Shown here: positions 27,600-39,529 of the stretch, piece by piece
Position numbering within the stretch: position 1 is the stretch's first letter
Layout: each line of letters opens with the position of its first letter
NCBI GenBank assembly: GCA_977020255.1
Contig: CDROCS010000067.1
Span: 248,001-312,000, forward strand
Direction: 5' to 3'
DNA: 64,000 nt
From: Obrimoposthia wandeli
Taxonomy: Eukaryota
Made by a program: the position numbers and the translations under genes
Notes under the pieces: generated by a model
Seen by the model: only the letters and a program-made list of their open reading frames with translations
Databases searched by the model: none
Told to the model about the DNA's origin: nothing

Positions 27600-28690
27600 G
27601 AATAGTATTTTTGTCTCGTTATTTGGAATCCGGAGATTCCACAATTCAATACATTTGCACGTCAAGGTTGGGCTTTGTTTCAAGTCTAAAATTGTCTTAT
27701 TGTCTAGGTAATTGCGAAGTATTATATCGAAATCAGACGAAAAACCTAAGTTAAAATTGAAATATTTTAAAATCATCTGTGCCAAAATTATTGTCAAGGT
27801 TGATCAGGTTTTTAATGATTTACTGAAAATATGCAAAAATTATTTTGTTGGTTTCATAGTTTGTGTTATAAGTTTCATTGAAATCAATGCTTCGAGCCAA
27901 ATTTACAGTTCTAATGGTCAAGCGATTAAATATTGATGAATTCGAAGAGGTTGGATCACTACCTTTCTCACTGACTTACATTGTAATCTACACAGTTTTG
28001 GGTAATTGTGTATCATCAAATATCTGATCTTTGTAAAATTCAACGGTACATCGGCTACTACAAGTAAAATATTTAATTGGAATCTTATGATCAGTTAAAA
28101 CGACAGTACATTCTCACAGGCCTAACTTTCAATTTAGAACTTACAAACTGTACCATAATTCAGACAATTTGACGCTTTATTAGGTATAAATTTAGGCATT
28201 AGTGAAATACAAAAGCTAAAGATACGTTGGTTGCTCAAAACTATTCGATTTGATAGACTCGCATTAGTTGCTCACTTTTCACGATCATGCTCAAACCCAA
28301 AGCTAAATAGAAACGTTTCTCGAGTTTCAGTGCTATAATTCCAAGCCGTTTCTATGTTGATTTGTATGAATAATGAGAGGTAGTTCCAATACATGTATTT
28401 TCATTCAAATTTGAAGGCTTTTACGCATACTATGAAACAGGAAATTTGTTTGAACTATATTTTTCCCCACTGTAAGATCTTCATCACAAACTTTAAGAAT
28501 TTTATTTTCAGCAACAGTGAATTGATAACATTTGGATATTCAACGTCGGATCTTTGAATTTTAAATATAATCTCTGAAATGTCAGAACCAGTTATGTGAT
28601 TTGTAGAATAAAGATATATTCAAATGAAGCATTCTCAACAGCTGCAGTGGCACCTGACTAAACATACAGAGCTCAGATTAACCACAAGCC
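27600..28690 (-). pseudogene. Degenerate major capsid protein of the older Polinton
   Basis: MACG*SELCMF, VENASFEYIF and SSDFDI correspond to MSCAKTELCIF, VDSASFEEIF and SPDFDI. Confidence 0.8.
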
Positions 28691-28895
28691 ATAACTAAGC
28701 AAGTAATATTTCAGTTTTTGACGTTTTATAGTATGTCAACATCTCCTACCTTCTTGCCACCTTCACAGAATCTGCTTCTACATCATACCTTTGTTTCTAT
28801 CGTGTTTTAATGTTATACTTCACTTGCTGCCGTCTTTTCTCCGAGTATCACCCTGGATTTTACCAAACTAAATTTGAAAACAAGGTTTATATATG

Positions 28896-30307
28896 TGTTG
28901 GGGTTTCTATATGAAACTTATAGATCCTCTTGAATGTGGAGGGCCCCAACGTGAGTTCTTATAGAAGCAGGACTTAAAGATGGTTGTGGCCTACTTAATG
29001 TTATAGTTGCCTGTCTCAATGCTTATCTGAAGGTGTTTGTTTTCCGATGTCTCTTAATCTGAAGGGTTTAGAACAATGCTTTCTAATGTAGGAAATCTTT
29101 TATTGTTAACACACTAGACTAAACAAAACAATACGTTTACGTACGTATTTCTAAAAAGTTACAGTAAAATTCCTAAGACTTCTGTAAGTCTCTACACAAG
29201 TGGGGATGAATCACGTATCGATTTTACTTTTAGGTTTGCTTTAGTTACTAGAGTCTTTACTCTAGAATTGCGGGCAAGTTTACAGAGCTGTTGCTCTAAA
29301 ATATAAATAGTTTACAGAGCTGTTGCTCTAAAAATGTGGGCACTTTTAGTTTCTTTATTTTGGGTAGAGTAATCACTCTAAAATATGGACGAGTAAATAC
29401 GGCAATTTAAATTGTTAATTCTACAACGATGCTTTAGTCAAGTCAATTCACTAATGACGATTTTGGTTTTACTTTATATGAAAACAATTTATCTAAAACA
29501 ATTCTTTCCCTTTGGGCACACAAAATTCACTTTCTTTTACGTATTTATCAAACAATAATTCACTTTCTTTTACGTATTTAAAAAAACAATAATTCACTTT
29601 CTTTTTACGTATTTATCAAAACAATAATTCACTTTCTTTTACGTATTTATCAAAACAATTATTCACTTTCTTTTTCGTATTTATCAAAACAATAATTCAC
29701 TTTCTTTTACGTATTTATCAAACAATAAATCAACTTCTTTTTACGTATTTATCAAACAATAATTCACTTTCTTTTTACGTATTTATCAAAACAATAATTC
29801 AACTTCTTTTTACGTATTTATCAAAACAATAATTCACTTTCTTTTTACGTATTTATCAAACAATAATTCAAAAACGATTCTCTCCCTTTGGGCCTCTCAC
29901 CTCCTCCGAATATCCTTAGGTCCTTCCTCGTGCTGGCTGTTATTCCTCAGCTGATCCGTCGGTGTTCGGGTGTCCTTCGAGTCCTTTGGTGCAGCGCGGA
30001 TCGTACGTTAGATCAGCGTCCTCTCGTTCCTTCAGTCCTCTGTGTGCTCACGATTCAAGCACGGTCCTCGTTCGCGACTTTTTGTCCTTTTCCAGTCGGC
30101 CTAATTAATTTCTGTTTTCTTCTTTTTTCGACTTCAACAATTTGCTTTTATACCTTTTCTCAACTGAGCCTCGAGACACGAGCAGTTGGCCGGTTCCCAG
30201 AAACTAACGATGTTTACTCAACAATTAGCGCAGTGACTTCCTGAATATCTCGGGTTCTCGCTTATTGCTTTCTGCACTCCGCGAGTAATCTAATTTTCCG
30301 AAATGAG
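28896..30307 (+). mobile_element. Truncated LTR of the same family as 16165-18293
   Basis: Starts TGTTGGGGTTTCTATATGAAACT, homologous to 16165. It ends abruptly at terminus C. Confidence 0.85.
29520..29870. repeat. Minisatellite inside the LTR, 33-35 bp unit TTCACTTTCTTTTTACGTATTTATCAAAACAATAA, about 10 copies
   Basis: Array read directly from the sequence. Confidence 0.95.
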
Positions 30308-30458
30308 AGTAGGTGGATGTGTCCGGTCTAATCCACACCCCCCCTCCCCCCACTTGTCCTTTAAAACCGTGCATGTGTGTGGAGTGAAATTTCGTGTAGG
30401 TGTGTGGAGTGAAATTTCACTCCACACACATGCACGGTTTTAAAGGACAAGGGGGGGG
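30308..30458 (+). mobile_element. Polinton-like terminus C with a perfect 41-bp hairpin
   Basis: AGTAGGTGGATGTGTCCGGTCTAATCCACAC. Arms 30353-30393 and 30411-30451 are exact reverse complements. Confidence 0.7.
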
Positions 30459-30587
30459 TACCCCCCTAAACATTTTTCGCGCCTATTGGCGCGAAGGGCT
30501 CGGGACCGACATTGGTCACAGATGTACGGATATCTCGTTCTCATATAGGTCACAGACTAGCTTGGCGATGTACGGATTTCTCGCTCT

Positions 30588-30686
30588 CACACCACACCAC
30601 ACCACACCACACCACACCACACCACACCACACCACACCACACCACACCACACCACACCACACCACACCACACCACACCACACCACA
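30588..30686. repeat. (ACCAC)n microsatellite, about 20 units
   Basis: Read directly from the sequence. Confidence 0.98.
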
Positions 30687-33373
30687 TGAGTATAATTAAA
30701 TAAAAATGAAAGAAAACATTAAAAAATATTTTGGATTTAAGAAAAAATAAAATTATTATTCTTTTTTTTTATAAATGGGTGACAACCCTTAATATTTAAA
30801 TGTGAAAGAGTTTTGTATTTTAAAACAAAATCATTATATAATTTATTTTGTAAAAAAACGCAAAGGTTATTGTTATAAAAAGTTTTAGTTCAATATTTTT
30901 CTAAATATGAATAATATATTATGAAACAGAAAAAAAATTAAGAAAGCTTATCTAAGTTATGTAATATACAAATAAGAAACCAAAAATAATAATTTAAGAT
31001 AATTTGTTTAAGAGTTTGTATTTAAAAGGAATAATTTTTTTGTTTGTAGAACCTGACTTTTGAATTATATCTACGAAGTAAAACATAACTGGTGACCACA
31101 CCAAAATAAATACATTTCAAAAAGTCAACCAAGAAAGAATATTCTCGAGCTTTCCAAAAGAGACTATAATTATGTTGCAGTACAGCATAAGAAGATATGA
31201 TGGAACGTTTCAAAGATAGACGAAAGTGGTTAAAAGATATAGAAGAGTTGGTGGAATCAAACTATCTTAATATCAGAGTGTGTTTGATTTGCCATTTACC
31301 AATGAAGTTACGATATAATAGAAGAATAACCATGTAGCAGTGAATTCGGCAAATGAAGCCAAAATGGTTTAAAGAAAATTTATGAGAACAGAAATTCATT
31401 GCCGATAAAGTATGTGAACTCGCAAGTGTAATTCAATTAGAAAGTGAAAGTTTCCGAGCGTCCATCATAACAGCTAGAAAACTCGTCGATGTCATGATGA
31501 AAAGCAATGTTAGCAAAGCTGATTTGACTAGTTTTTTTATTTAAGACATGGTGAGAAGCGAAAAGAAGAAACTGCTTTTTATTCAAACCACAGATGACTT
31601 AAGAAAAGGTAAATGTTTACAGCGAAATTAAGAAAACTAAAACCGATATCGCACAATTTCAGAATACATATACAATGTATATATTATACATGCAATAAAA
31701 AGAGAATAAGACCATTCCCATGTCTTAAACCATACGAAGAAAAACATAGTACCAGTATATCATGTAGAAAGAAGATATATTAATAAAGAAAAAAGTACTT
31801 TCATAATGCAATTTTAAAAAAATTTAACATTAAAATGTACAATGCATAATATAAATGTAATATTTAGAAATTTTTATGAGATTCTTTTTCATCTTTTCAT
31901 TTTGAATTTCGAAGTGTTTTAATTTGAGTTATGTGAGAGAAAAATATAATTTCAAGCGGAAATCACAGATCAATCTTCGAGTACTGTCAAATGCATTTTA
32001 AGATCGCATTTGAAAATAAATTCCCACTCTTAGAATTCTTGTTTGGATTTGTTTTTTCTCATTTTTTGAAATGCTACATTGTACCCCGAAAGTTTAATTG
32101 ATTTTGAAAAACATTTTAATTCAATATTTTGTAAATTCTTATGATATACTTTATCATTTTTCTTACTGTACTTGTCAGTTTTCAAGTTAGAAAACATAAT
32201 AAATTTTGATTAACATTTTAGGAATGTCTAGAGATATTTCTCTGATAAATTAAATCATTTAGTAGTTGATGCAGTTGATGTAGAATGAGATGTTTAGAAG
32301 TGACTACAAGAATATTAGTTTTGAATAATAAAGGGGATTTCAACCATAGTGCTTTCTATATTTTCACCGATAAGTAATATATGTATATATAGTGTGTACA
32401 AAAAACCTCAAAGTATTCGATAATATACATATATTTAAATACATTAAAGAATCTAACCAGTATTTTAGGGAATTATATAAATTATAAAAATATAAATATA
32501 TAATGTACCATATAATTCATGAGTTGAATCCAAACAAAAATGGATAGGCATTGAATTATAGGTAAATACAGATTTTGAAGCTGCAATAGCGATCGAACGA
32601 GTTGAATGCAAATAACAAACGGTTTGTTGAACGAATTTAAGGAAAATAGTTTATTTGTAGTCAGGTTTTTATATATATAAAAGGTCTTGAAAACAGTAGA
32701 AAAAGGCAATATACATTAGACTCATATATGATTGATAGTAGTTTAAACATCGAAATAGATATGCACGTGTAAATATGTACGTCAGACAAAATGAGATTTG
32801 TTTGTATGGCATAAACATATCTGGTCAAGTTATAAAAAGCATATATACACGCGGAGTTAGTTGAATTCGTAGAGGTTTGTTTATTATAAATATGATGTAA
32901 TTGTATAAGTGCGTTTTAGTATGAATGATGAAATATTTTAGGGTGCATGATACCCTCAGAGTCCCATGATGTGCATTATACTTATTAAAAGTAAATAGTG
33001 TGTATTAGATTGCAGGTTAGTGAAAGAGGGAATGGATAATTATTACTCAGTAGACAAGTTGCAGGTTTTGATTATAGATTAGCATTGTCTGTGAAACAAA
33101 GGTGTCCTGATTGAATTACAAATACACAATTAGACTGCGTCTGAGGAAATGAATATATCTCCTAGACTTTGAGAAGCTCGCAGCAGCTGTTGCTCGTGTA
33201 ATTTCCATAAATTAATTCTCGAGACCTAACTTAATCTTGTGAATGTATGATCGTGCATTTTTGTGATAAAGAAATCTTCGTTAATTAACAGTACCGTAAC
33301 GTGTCCATGAGTTTAAGATAACTATAGTTGAATCTAATTTTTCAAGGTAGGAACGTAAGTTTTTAATATTTTA

Positions 33374-34370
33374 AGTAGGTGGGTATGTTTGGTCTAATCG
33401 CAACCCCTCTTCTTCCTAGAGGGGTAAGTAGACATGATGCCTTTTCAAAACGTCGAGTTTCAAAACGTCGAGTAAATAAAAAATTTAACAAAAAATTTGT
33501 TTTTATAATATAATTTAATATTTTAACTATAATCATATATTATAAGAAATTCCTTCCTGATATTCCAAAATGTGCCTGTTGTTTTTATTCTATGATCCAT
33601 AAGTAAATATTTAGTCTTACTCTTTATCTTCTTGCCTCCTAATAAACTTAAAAATAAACCTAAAAATAATAATATTAAATTTAACTATACCTATGTAAAT
33701 ATTTAATATCAAATAGAATAAAATTCTCACCACTAAACGTATATTGCATATAATCTGGAATGATTAATTCTGTTGTATTTTGAAGATTATTAGTGAAATT
33801 TTCTTGTAGTTTTCTTTTTCTGTATATACTTTGTTTGATGTCAGTACCTGAATATACGCGAAATCTTGCTTCATTTGATAAATTATATATATTAACGGTA
33901 ATTGGATCAGCAGTGTCACGGCAGTGTTCCTTTCTTAATTGAAATGCACTATTGTCCATAACTAAATATTTAATTGGAGTAGTGCATTGCAAATACCTAC
34001 AGTACATTTCCAATTAACTGAATTTTCATTTTTTCTATCTTATTTATAGGAAAGTCCTCTAAAACATATTTTATCACCACCTTTATTGTTTTTTTAATAT
34101 TTTATACATTATAATTAATTTAAAATTCAAAATTAATCCTTACATATATATAAATTTAGCTTATTTAAAGGAATGTAACATTATAAAATATTATAAATAA
34201 ATTTAATTCCTCGCCGTTTTGATTTACGACATTTTAATTTTAAAAAATAGAAAACTCGACGTTTTAAAATTACGACGTTTTGAAACTTGACATTTTGATA
34301 AGGAACCAATAAACATATGTTTTTAAAATTCGGGCATTTGTGTGTGGAGTGAAACGCTGTGCTATGTGTA
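33374..34370 (+). mobile_element. Polinton-like terminus D, split by a MULE insertion
   Basis: AGTAGGTGGGTATGTTTGGTCTAATC at 33374. After removing 33436-34307 it continues TTTAAAATTCGGGCATTTGTGTGTGGAGTGAAA, as in termini B and C. Confidence 0.65.
33436..34307 (-). mobile_element. Internally deleted MULE (Mutator-like) element
   Basis: Imperfect TIRs G(A/G)T(G/T)CCTT(T/A)TCAAAA(C/T)GTC. Degraded 9-bp TSD AGTAGACAT/AATAAACAT. ORF 33681-34013 has LIIPDYMQYTFSGENFILFD, typical of the MULE transposase pre-catalytic region. Confidence 0.8.
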
Positions 34371-34818
34371 AAAATCTATATGCATCCTGAGTTTTTTCAA
34401 ACTGAGGCATACACTTTAATACCACTCAAGATATGTTTACTGGTGGCGGATGGTACAGCGGTCAAAGTCATGAGCTAGATTTCAAAGATGACGTAAAAAG
34501 GATACTTGCATTATATCAAGAGCCAGTTCAAGTGACTGTTGGTCTATCATTAGGTTAAGATAGATTCTTTAATTACCAAAAGATTTTATTGATACTGTTA
34601 AAGTTCTTTGGGCACTTAAATATTTTTCCTGTAATTTTTTTATATTTTTTTACAAACTTTTTATCGTTTTCTCAATTCATCTTCCTTCACACGACAAACA
34701 CATAAACAAAAGATTGAACCAAATACTATGCATTTTAAAAAAATTATTCGACTACCATGCTATTAGGCTATGAGTATTAATCATCTTAATTCTCACCTAT
34801 TCTCGGTCAGATGCTAGT

Positions 34819-34827
34819 GTATATAAG
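34819..34827 (+). promoter_or_regulatory. TATA box of acidic gene copy 2
   Basis: GTATATAAG about 40 bp upstream of the NDVDL-coding start region. Confidence 0.5.
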
Positions 34828-34859
34828 GAGAGCTCCCATCATTTTGTTTCATTTTTATG

Positions 34860-37800
34860 CCTTAACACAACGACGTAGATTTGAATAAATAGCTCGAAGA
34901 GCAGTTATACCTAAGATATATATCCAGAGCAGTGACAAACTCCACTACCATCACAATACATCGACTTAATTAGTCAAAGCTAGATGGACCTAATAAAAGT
35001 ATCAACAGCGCCAGCAAAATTCCTATTAGCAACGGAAAAATACAAAGTTTCGTGTCGGCAACACAGGAAGATCCCAATGAGGAGAATTTGACTTCGGTCC
35101 TTGAGGATTGGGACGGTGTTCCATCGGTTATCCCAACAAATGCAGTCGCAAAACCAACCAGTAACAGTAGAATTTAATGACAAAGATAATTTTAATCATT
35201 TTCTCGATGAGTGGGAGGAAGTCAATCCATCTACTCCCGCTTTCCTTACCACCCGAGAACCCTCCCCCAGAAGAGACTAAGTCATTGCTTAGTTAGATGA
35301 AAGCGAGTGGCGGCTGTTCACTGATGACTAGGACAGACTTACACCATCACCACCTGCTGCTACAACCGTTAACGACATATTGTTGTTGCTGAAGCCGGAT
35401 TTTCAAAAGCTCCAGACATCTGTTAGATGAGCAAGGAGAAGAAATGCTACGAATGAGGAGAAATTATTTATTTAAAACATATGATTTTCAATATATTTTT
35501 AGAAAATCCAACTTGATATAGCCTTATTGGTACCTTCCGTGGGAAGGTAGGTCGAACTGAAGATCAATGTGAGCCAATGTAGCCAGGAGCTTCAGAGGAC
35601 TCAGCTGCAATATCTGGCTTGGTCTGGGCAGCTACAAGTAAATAATTTCATATATGAATAAAACAATTATTGTATTCGGTTCTAGGACAATTACCCGCCG
35701 GACATTTACCCGCCGGACAATTACCCCCCGGACATTTACCCGCCGGACAATTACCCGACTAGGACAAATACCCGCCGGACAAATACCCGCCGGACAATTA
35801 CCCGACTAGGACAATTACCCGCCGGACAATTACCCCCCAAAAAATACAGGGCGAGTTTATGCACTTTTAATATAAACAATAAATTAACATTTTTTACGAA
35901 GAGGAGTAATTTAATTGTATTTATTTATTTAGATTAATTAAATTAGTAAAAAGTTATTAATAAGGGGGTATAAAAACCTAAAAATTGGTTATTATTGGTT
36001 AAATAGGTTATTGAATAAATATTGTTAAGAATACTGGAAGGTAAGAAAAAAACAATTGACATGTGTTTATTTATTTGTATAGTTATTCTTGAATAAGAAC
36101 AATTCTATAACAGTCACATTGATCATCACAGAATCTACATCTGTAGGTTGTGTGCAATACCACAAAGAAAGTCTAAGAATTTTTAAAGTTAATATTAAAA
36201 TGGAAACAAACACACAGCTCATACTTTTATTGACGTTTAAATATACAGTTATAAAAAGTAATTTTAAATATGTAAAAGTAAAAAACTGAATTAAATTAAA
36301 ATAATAATAGTGGTTTAGCAAAATTATACAAATAAATTTTAGGACATGATAATTCGTAATTTTACTTTAATTTGTATTATCTGAAAATAAAAATGAGAAG
36401 TTCAATTAAATGAATTGTAAATATAATAATAATAATTTAAATTAAATCGTCGACATCGTCAAGTTGCCGGAAATCCTCCCGCAATCCCGCAGACTCGTGC
36501 CGAAATTATACTACCTGAAAAGTACAAACGTACACTGGCAGATGAGTATGAGTATGAGCTGTGTGTGTTTGTTTCCATTTTAATATTAACTTTAAAAATT
36601 CTTAGACTTTCTTTGTGGTATTGCACACAACCTACAGATGTAGATTCTGTGATGATCAATGTGACTGTTATAGAATTGTTCTTATTCAAGAATAACTATA
36701 CAAATAAATAAACACATGTCAATTGTTTTTTTCTTACCTTCCAGTATTCTTAACAATATTTATTCAATAACCTATTTAACCAATAATAACCAATTTTTAG
36801 GTTTTTATACCCCCTTATTAATAACTTTTTACTAATTTAATTAATCTAAATAAATAAATACAATTAAATTACTCCTCTTCGTAAAAAATGTTAATTTATT
36901 GTTTATATTAAAAGTGCATAAACTCGCCCTGTATTTTTTGGGGGGTAATTGTCCGGCGGGTAATTGTCCGGCGGGTAATTGTCCTAGTCGGGTAATTGTC
37001 CGGCGGGTAAATGTCCGGGGGGTAATTGTCCGGCGGGTAAATGTCCGGCGGGTAATTGTCCTGTTACCATTGTATTCATAGAGAAACATGATCAAGTACA
37101 TCAACTGCAAGATGAGCTGGGAGAGGATGTACCTATTACACTAACTAGCCAACAGCTACCAGAGGTTCACAAAGCAAAGAAATTGAAGGTGAAGAAGACG
37201 TTCGTGACAACGGAAGTGACGATCGCGATAGAGGATAAACTGCTACACTAGTGGGCAATGGGTTAATCTTTTACGAGAAGATCCCAGTCACTCCATCGAG
37301 CTGTCTCCTTCGCCGACTCGATGACTCCGGGAACCGTCACCATCTGCAGACTTATATCTATCTTGTTGACTCAATGACAGCCAGAATGACCACCAGTAAT
37401 TGGTCAGAGGTCAGCAACTTTGGGCCAGAATCTGATGCAAGCATGACAAGTTACATATACCACACCTCAGATTGCTGTATCAATCAGCCAGAATCTGTAA
37501 CATGGCTGACTCAATGCGGGTTGTAACAAGTTCTTGGCTGAAATGGTAACTCCGCACCCACAACTGCAATTGCAATCGTCACAGTATTATCTTGTTTACT
37601 ATAGGCAACATGGTGCGGTGGTACATCAGCTGGTGCGTGAGAAGCAGCAGAAGAAGTCAAAGGAGAGAAAGAAGCGATCGCCCCAAAAGAAGACGACATC
37701 AAGTCTGTCTACACTGTTTTGTGCCAGCAATTCCTCCTCTCCACAGATAGGTATCATCGGCTTGTGTATCTACGCCATCTGCAGCGACTCTCAAAATTGC

Positions 37801-37953
37801 GCAGAAAATCTAGTCAAACCCATTTGGTCGGCAATTGCTGCCAGTTTTATGCATCCAATTTATGCATCCAAAAATGAAGCCGGGTCTTATAAAGATCCAC
37901 CGAACCAACCAGCCAACTTCAAATCCCCAATAAAGTCGGAAGGGTTTCGATGA
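34860..37953 (+). pseudogene. Spliced acidic gene (copy 2), interrupted by a foldback MULE, with a Cys/His/Arg-rich 3' region
   Basis: NDVDLNK*LEEQLY, NFNHFLDEW, LDESEWRLFTDD, NATNE, QLDIA and VHQLQDELGED are collinear with copy 1. Several stops. Confidence 0.6.
35678..37068. mobile_element. Non-autonomous foldback MULE-type element with about 540-bp TIRs and 9-bp TSD
   Basis: TIRs at about 35678-36227 and 36548-37068 contain 15-bp GGACAATTACCCGCC tandem units. ATTGTATTC is duplicated at 35669-35677 and 37069-37077. Confidence 0.93.
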
Positions 37954-38329
37954 CGATCTCAATTATGACTTTGTTAATTGTTTTTCTTTTTATTTCGTTT
38001 TGTGATTTATCCGATTTTTTTAATCATATGATAATTAAATACATATACATATTTTATTAAAATAAAAAATAATTTTAACAAAAAATATAATTTTATCAAT
38101 AATATTTTTAAGTGTATTTATTTTATTTAATTTATTTAATTTATTCTTTAAATTCACATGAACTATAAATCTTTATTAGTTTTTAGTAATGTTATTTATA
38201 TACGAATATTTATATTTATAATTCTTGTTTAATTTTAACTTTATTTTGAATAATAATCTTGTTGTATCCAAGGGAATACTTTTAATATTATTTTCTAGAA
38301 TATTTGATTCTTAATGATTAAAAATCCCT

Positions 38330-38820
38330 GTGGTGATAGTAGCTAAGATAATTATGCAGCGAAATTGATTGTCCGGAAGTGGATGGAATGGCAATTTAAG
38401 CAACGTTTTGCAAGAAGAGATTTCAAGATGGATGAAATATTGACATGCCTTAGTTAAGGTACAAATTACAAGATTCTTAATGAAAACAGATGACAAAGAT
38501 TTAAAAATACAATCATTAGTGGATGACTACATTAAAGCTTATGGAGCCATAGCGTATATTCAAGAAATAAATTTGAATAAAAAGAAAGTTTGACTAATTG
38601 CATCAAAAGCAATAGTGACACCTTCAAAATTAGTAAGTATATCAATATTAGAACAATATTTTATTTTCTTATTTAATGTTTTAGGAAGTTGTCGGGGTAT
38701 GGTATGCAAAACACCGTTGAATAAGATCAGTTTACCATTTGGAATTCAAATCAGCGACATACAACCAATCACAGTTTCAGGTCATCTTGGGAAATCAATA
38801 AATCTTTATAAAATTGCATA
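38330..38820 (+). pseudogene. Bel/Pao pol fragment (RNase H plus a displaced RT piece)
   Basis: AYGAIAYI, LIASKAIVTPSKLVSISILE and SLPFG. Confidence 0.65.
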
Positions 38821-39260
38821 GAAGATGATATTGGGATTGAGAAAATTGAATTATCAATACACTGTTGAATCGATTTTAGAAAATATATTTTGTTATTTTT
38901 TAAATAAAAAGATTGTTTAAACATATAGTTTCAAATGAATAATACTATAAATACAGACAATTAAGTAGATCATCTTGTTGACGAATTTTGTTCTAGAAAA
39001 ATTAAGGGTAAGCAAATATTGAAATATTGGTTATATCACATGTTATTCAAGAATTTCGTACTCGAACGCAAATAAAATTATAGCCAAATATTCATAAATT
39101 ATTTTTTGTATTTCATCAATAGTATACTTTTGTCATACTTTTCAATAAGGAAACTTATATAATAATATAAACAATATTAAAAGGAAAAAGTATATGTAAT
39201 GGAGCTGAATAATAATGCCGTATTTAAAATTGTTGCTTAAAACACATTTCGTAGGTAAAC

Positions 39261-39482
39261 TGTTACAAAATGAATCTCTTTTCAATTCCAAAAATATTTA
39301 TTGGCATCATGGTGGAAGAGGAAAACGTGGTGTTTACGAACTTTATTTTCATTAAACATAAAACATTTATTCATAAAACATCGTTAACTAAAAAAACACA
39401 TTTAGGGTCACAAATTCCCCTTTTTATGCAGAATAGCGGTTTTGCTTCAATTATAATTTAAACATATTTACATATTTTTACA
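39261..39482 (-). mobile_element. 3' LTR (222 bp) of the Bel/Pao element, preceded by a polypurine tract
   Basis: Minus strand reads AGGTGGGGGAA|TGTAAAA...TGTAACA. Confidence 0.75.
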
Positions 39483-39529
39483 TTCCCCCACCTTTGATTC
39501 AACTAGGATCAAACTATAGTTATATCCCT

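Noticed and set aside
30400-30703. His/Thr/Pro-rich ORFs
   Set aside because: They are translations of the ACCAC microsatellite.
31000-33360. Possible decayed coding sequence
   Set aside because: It has some coding-like composition but no recognisable motif and many stops.
36067-37110. Duplicated small ORFs (MNKNNSIT..., GQLPA repeats)
   Set aside because: They are by-products of the foldback element's inverted and tandem repeats.
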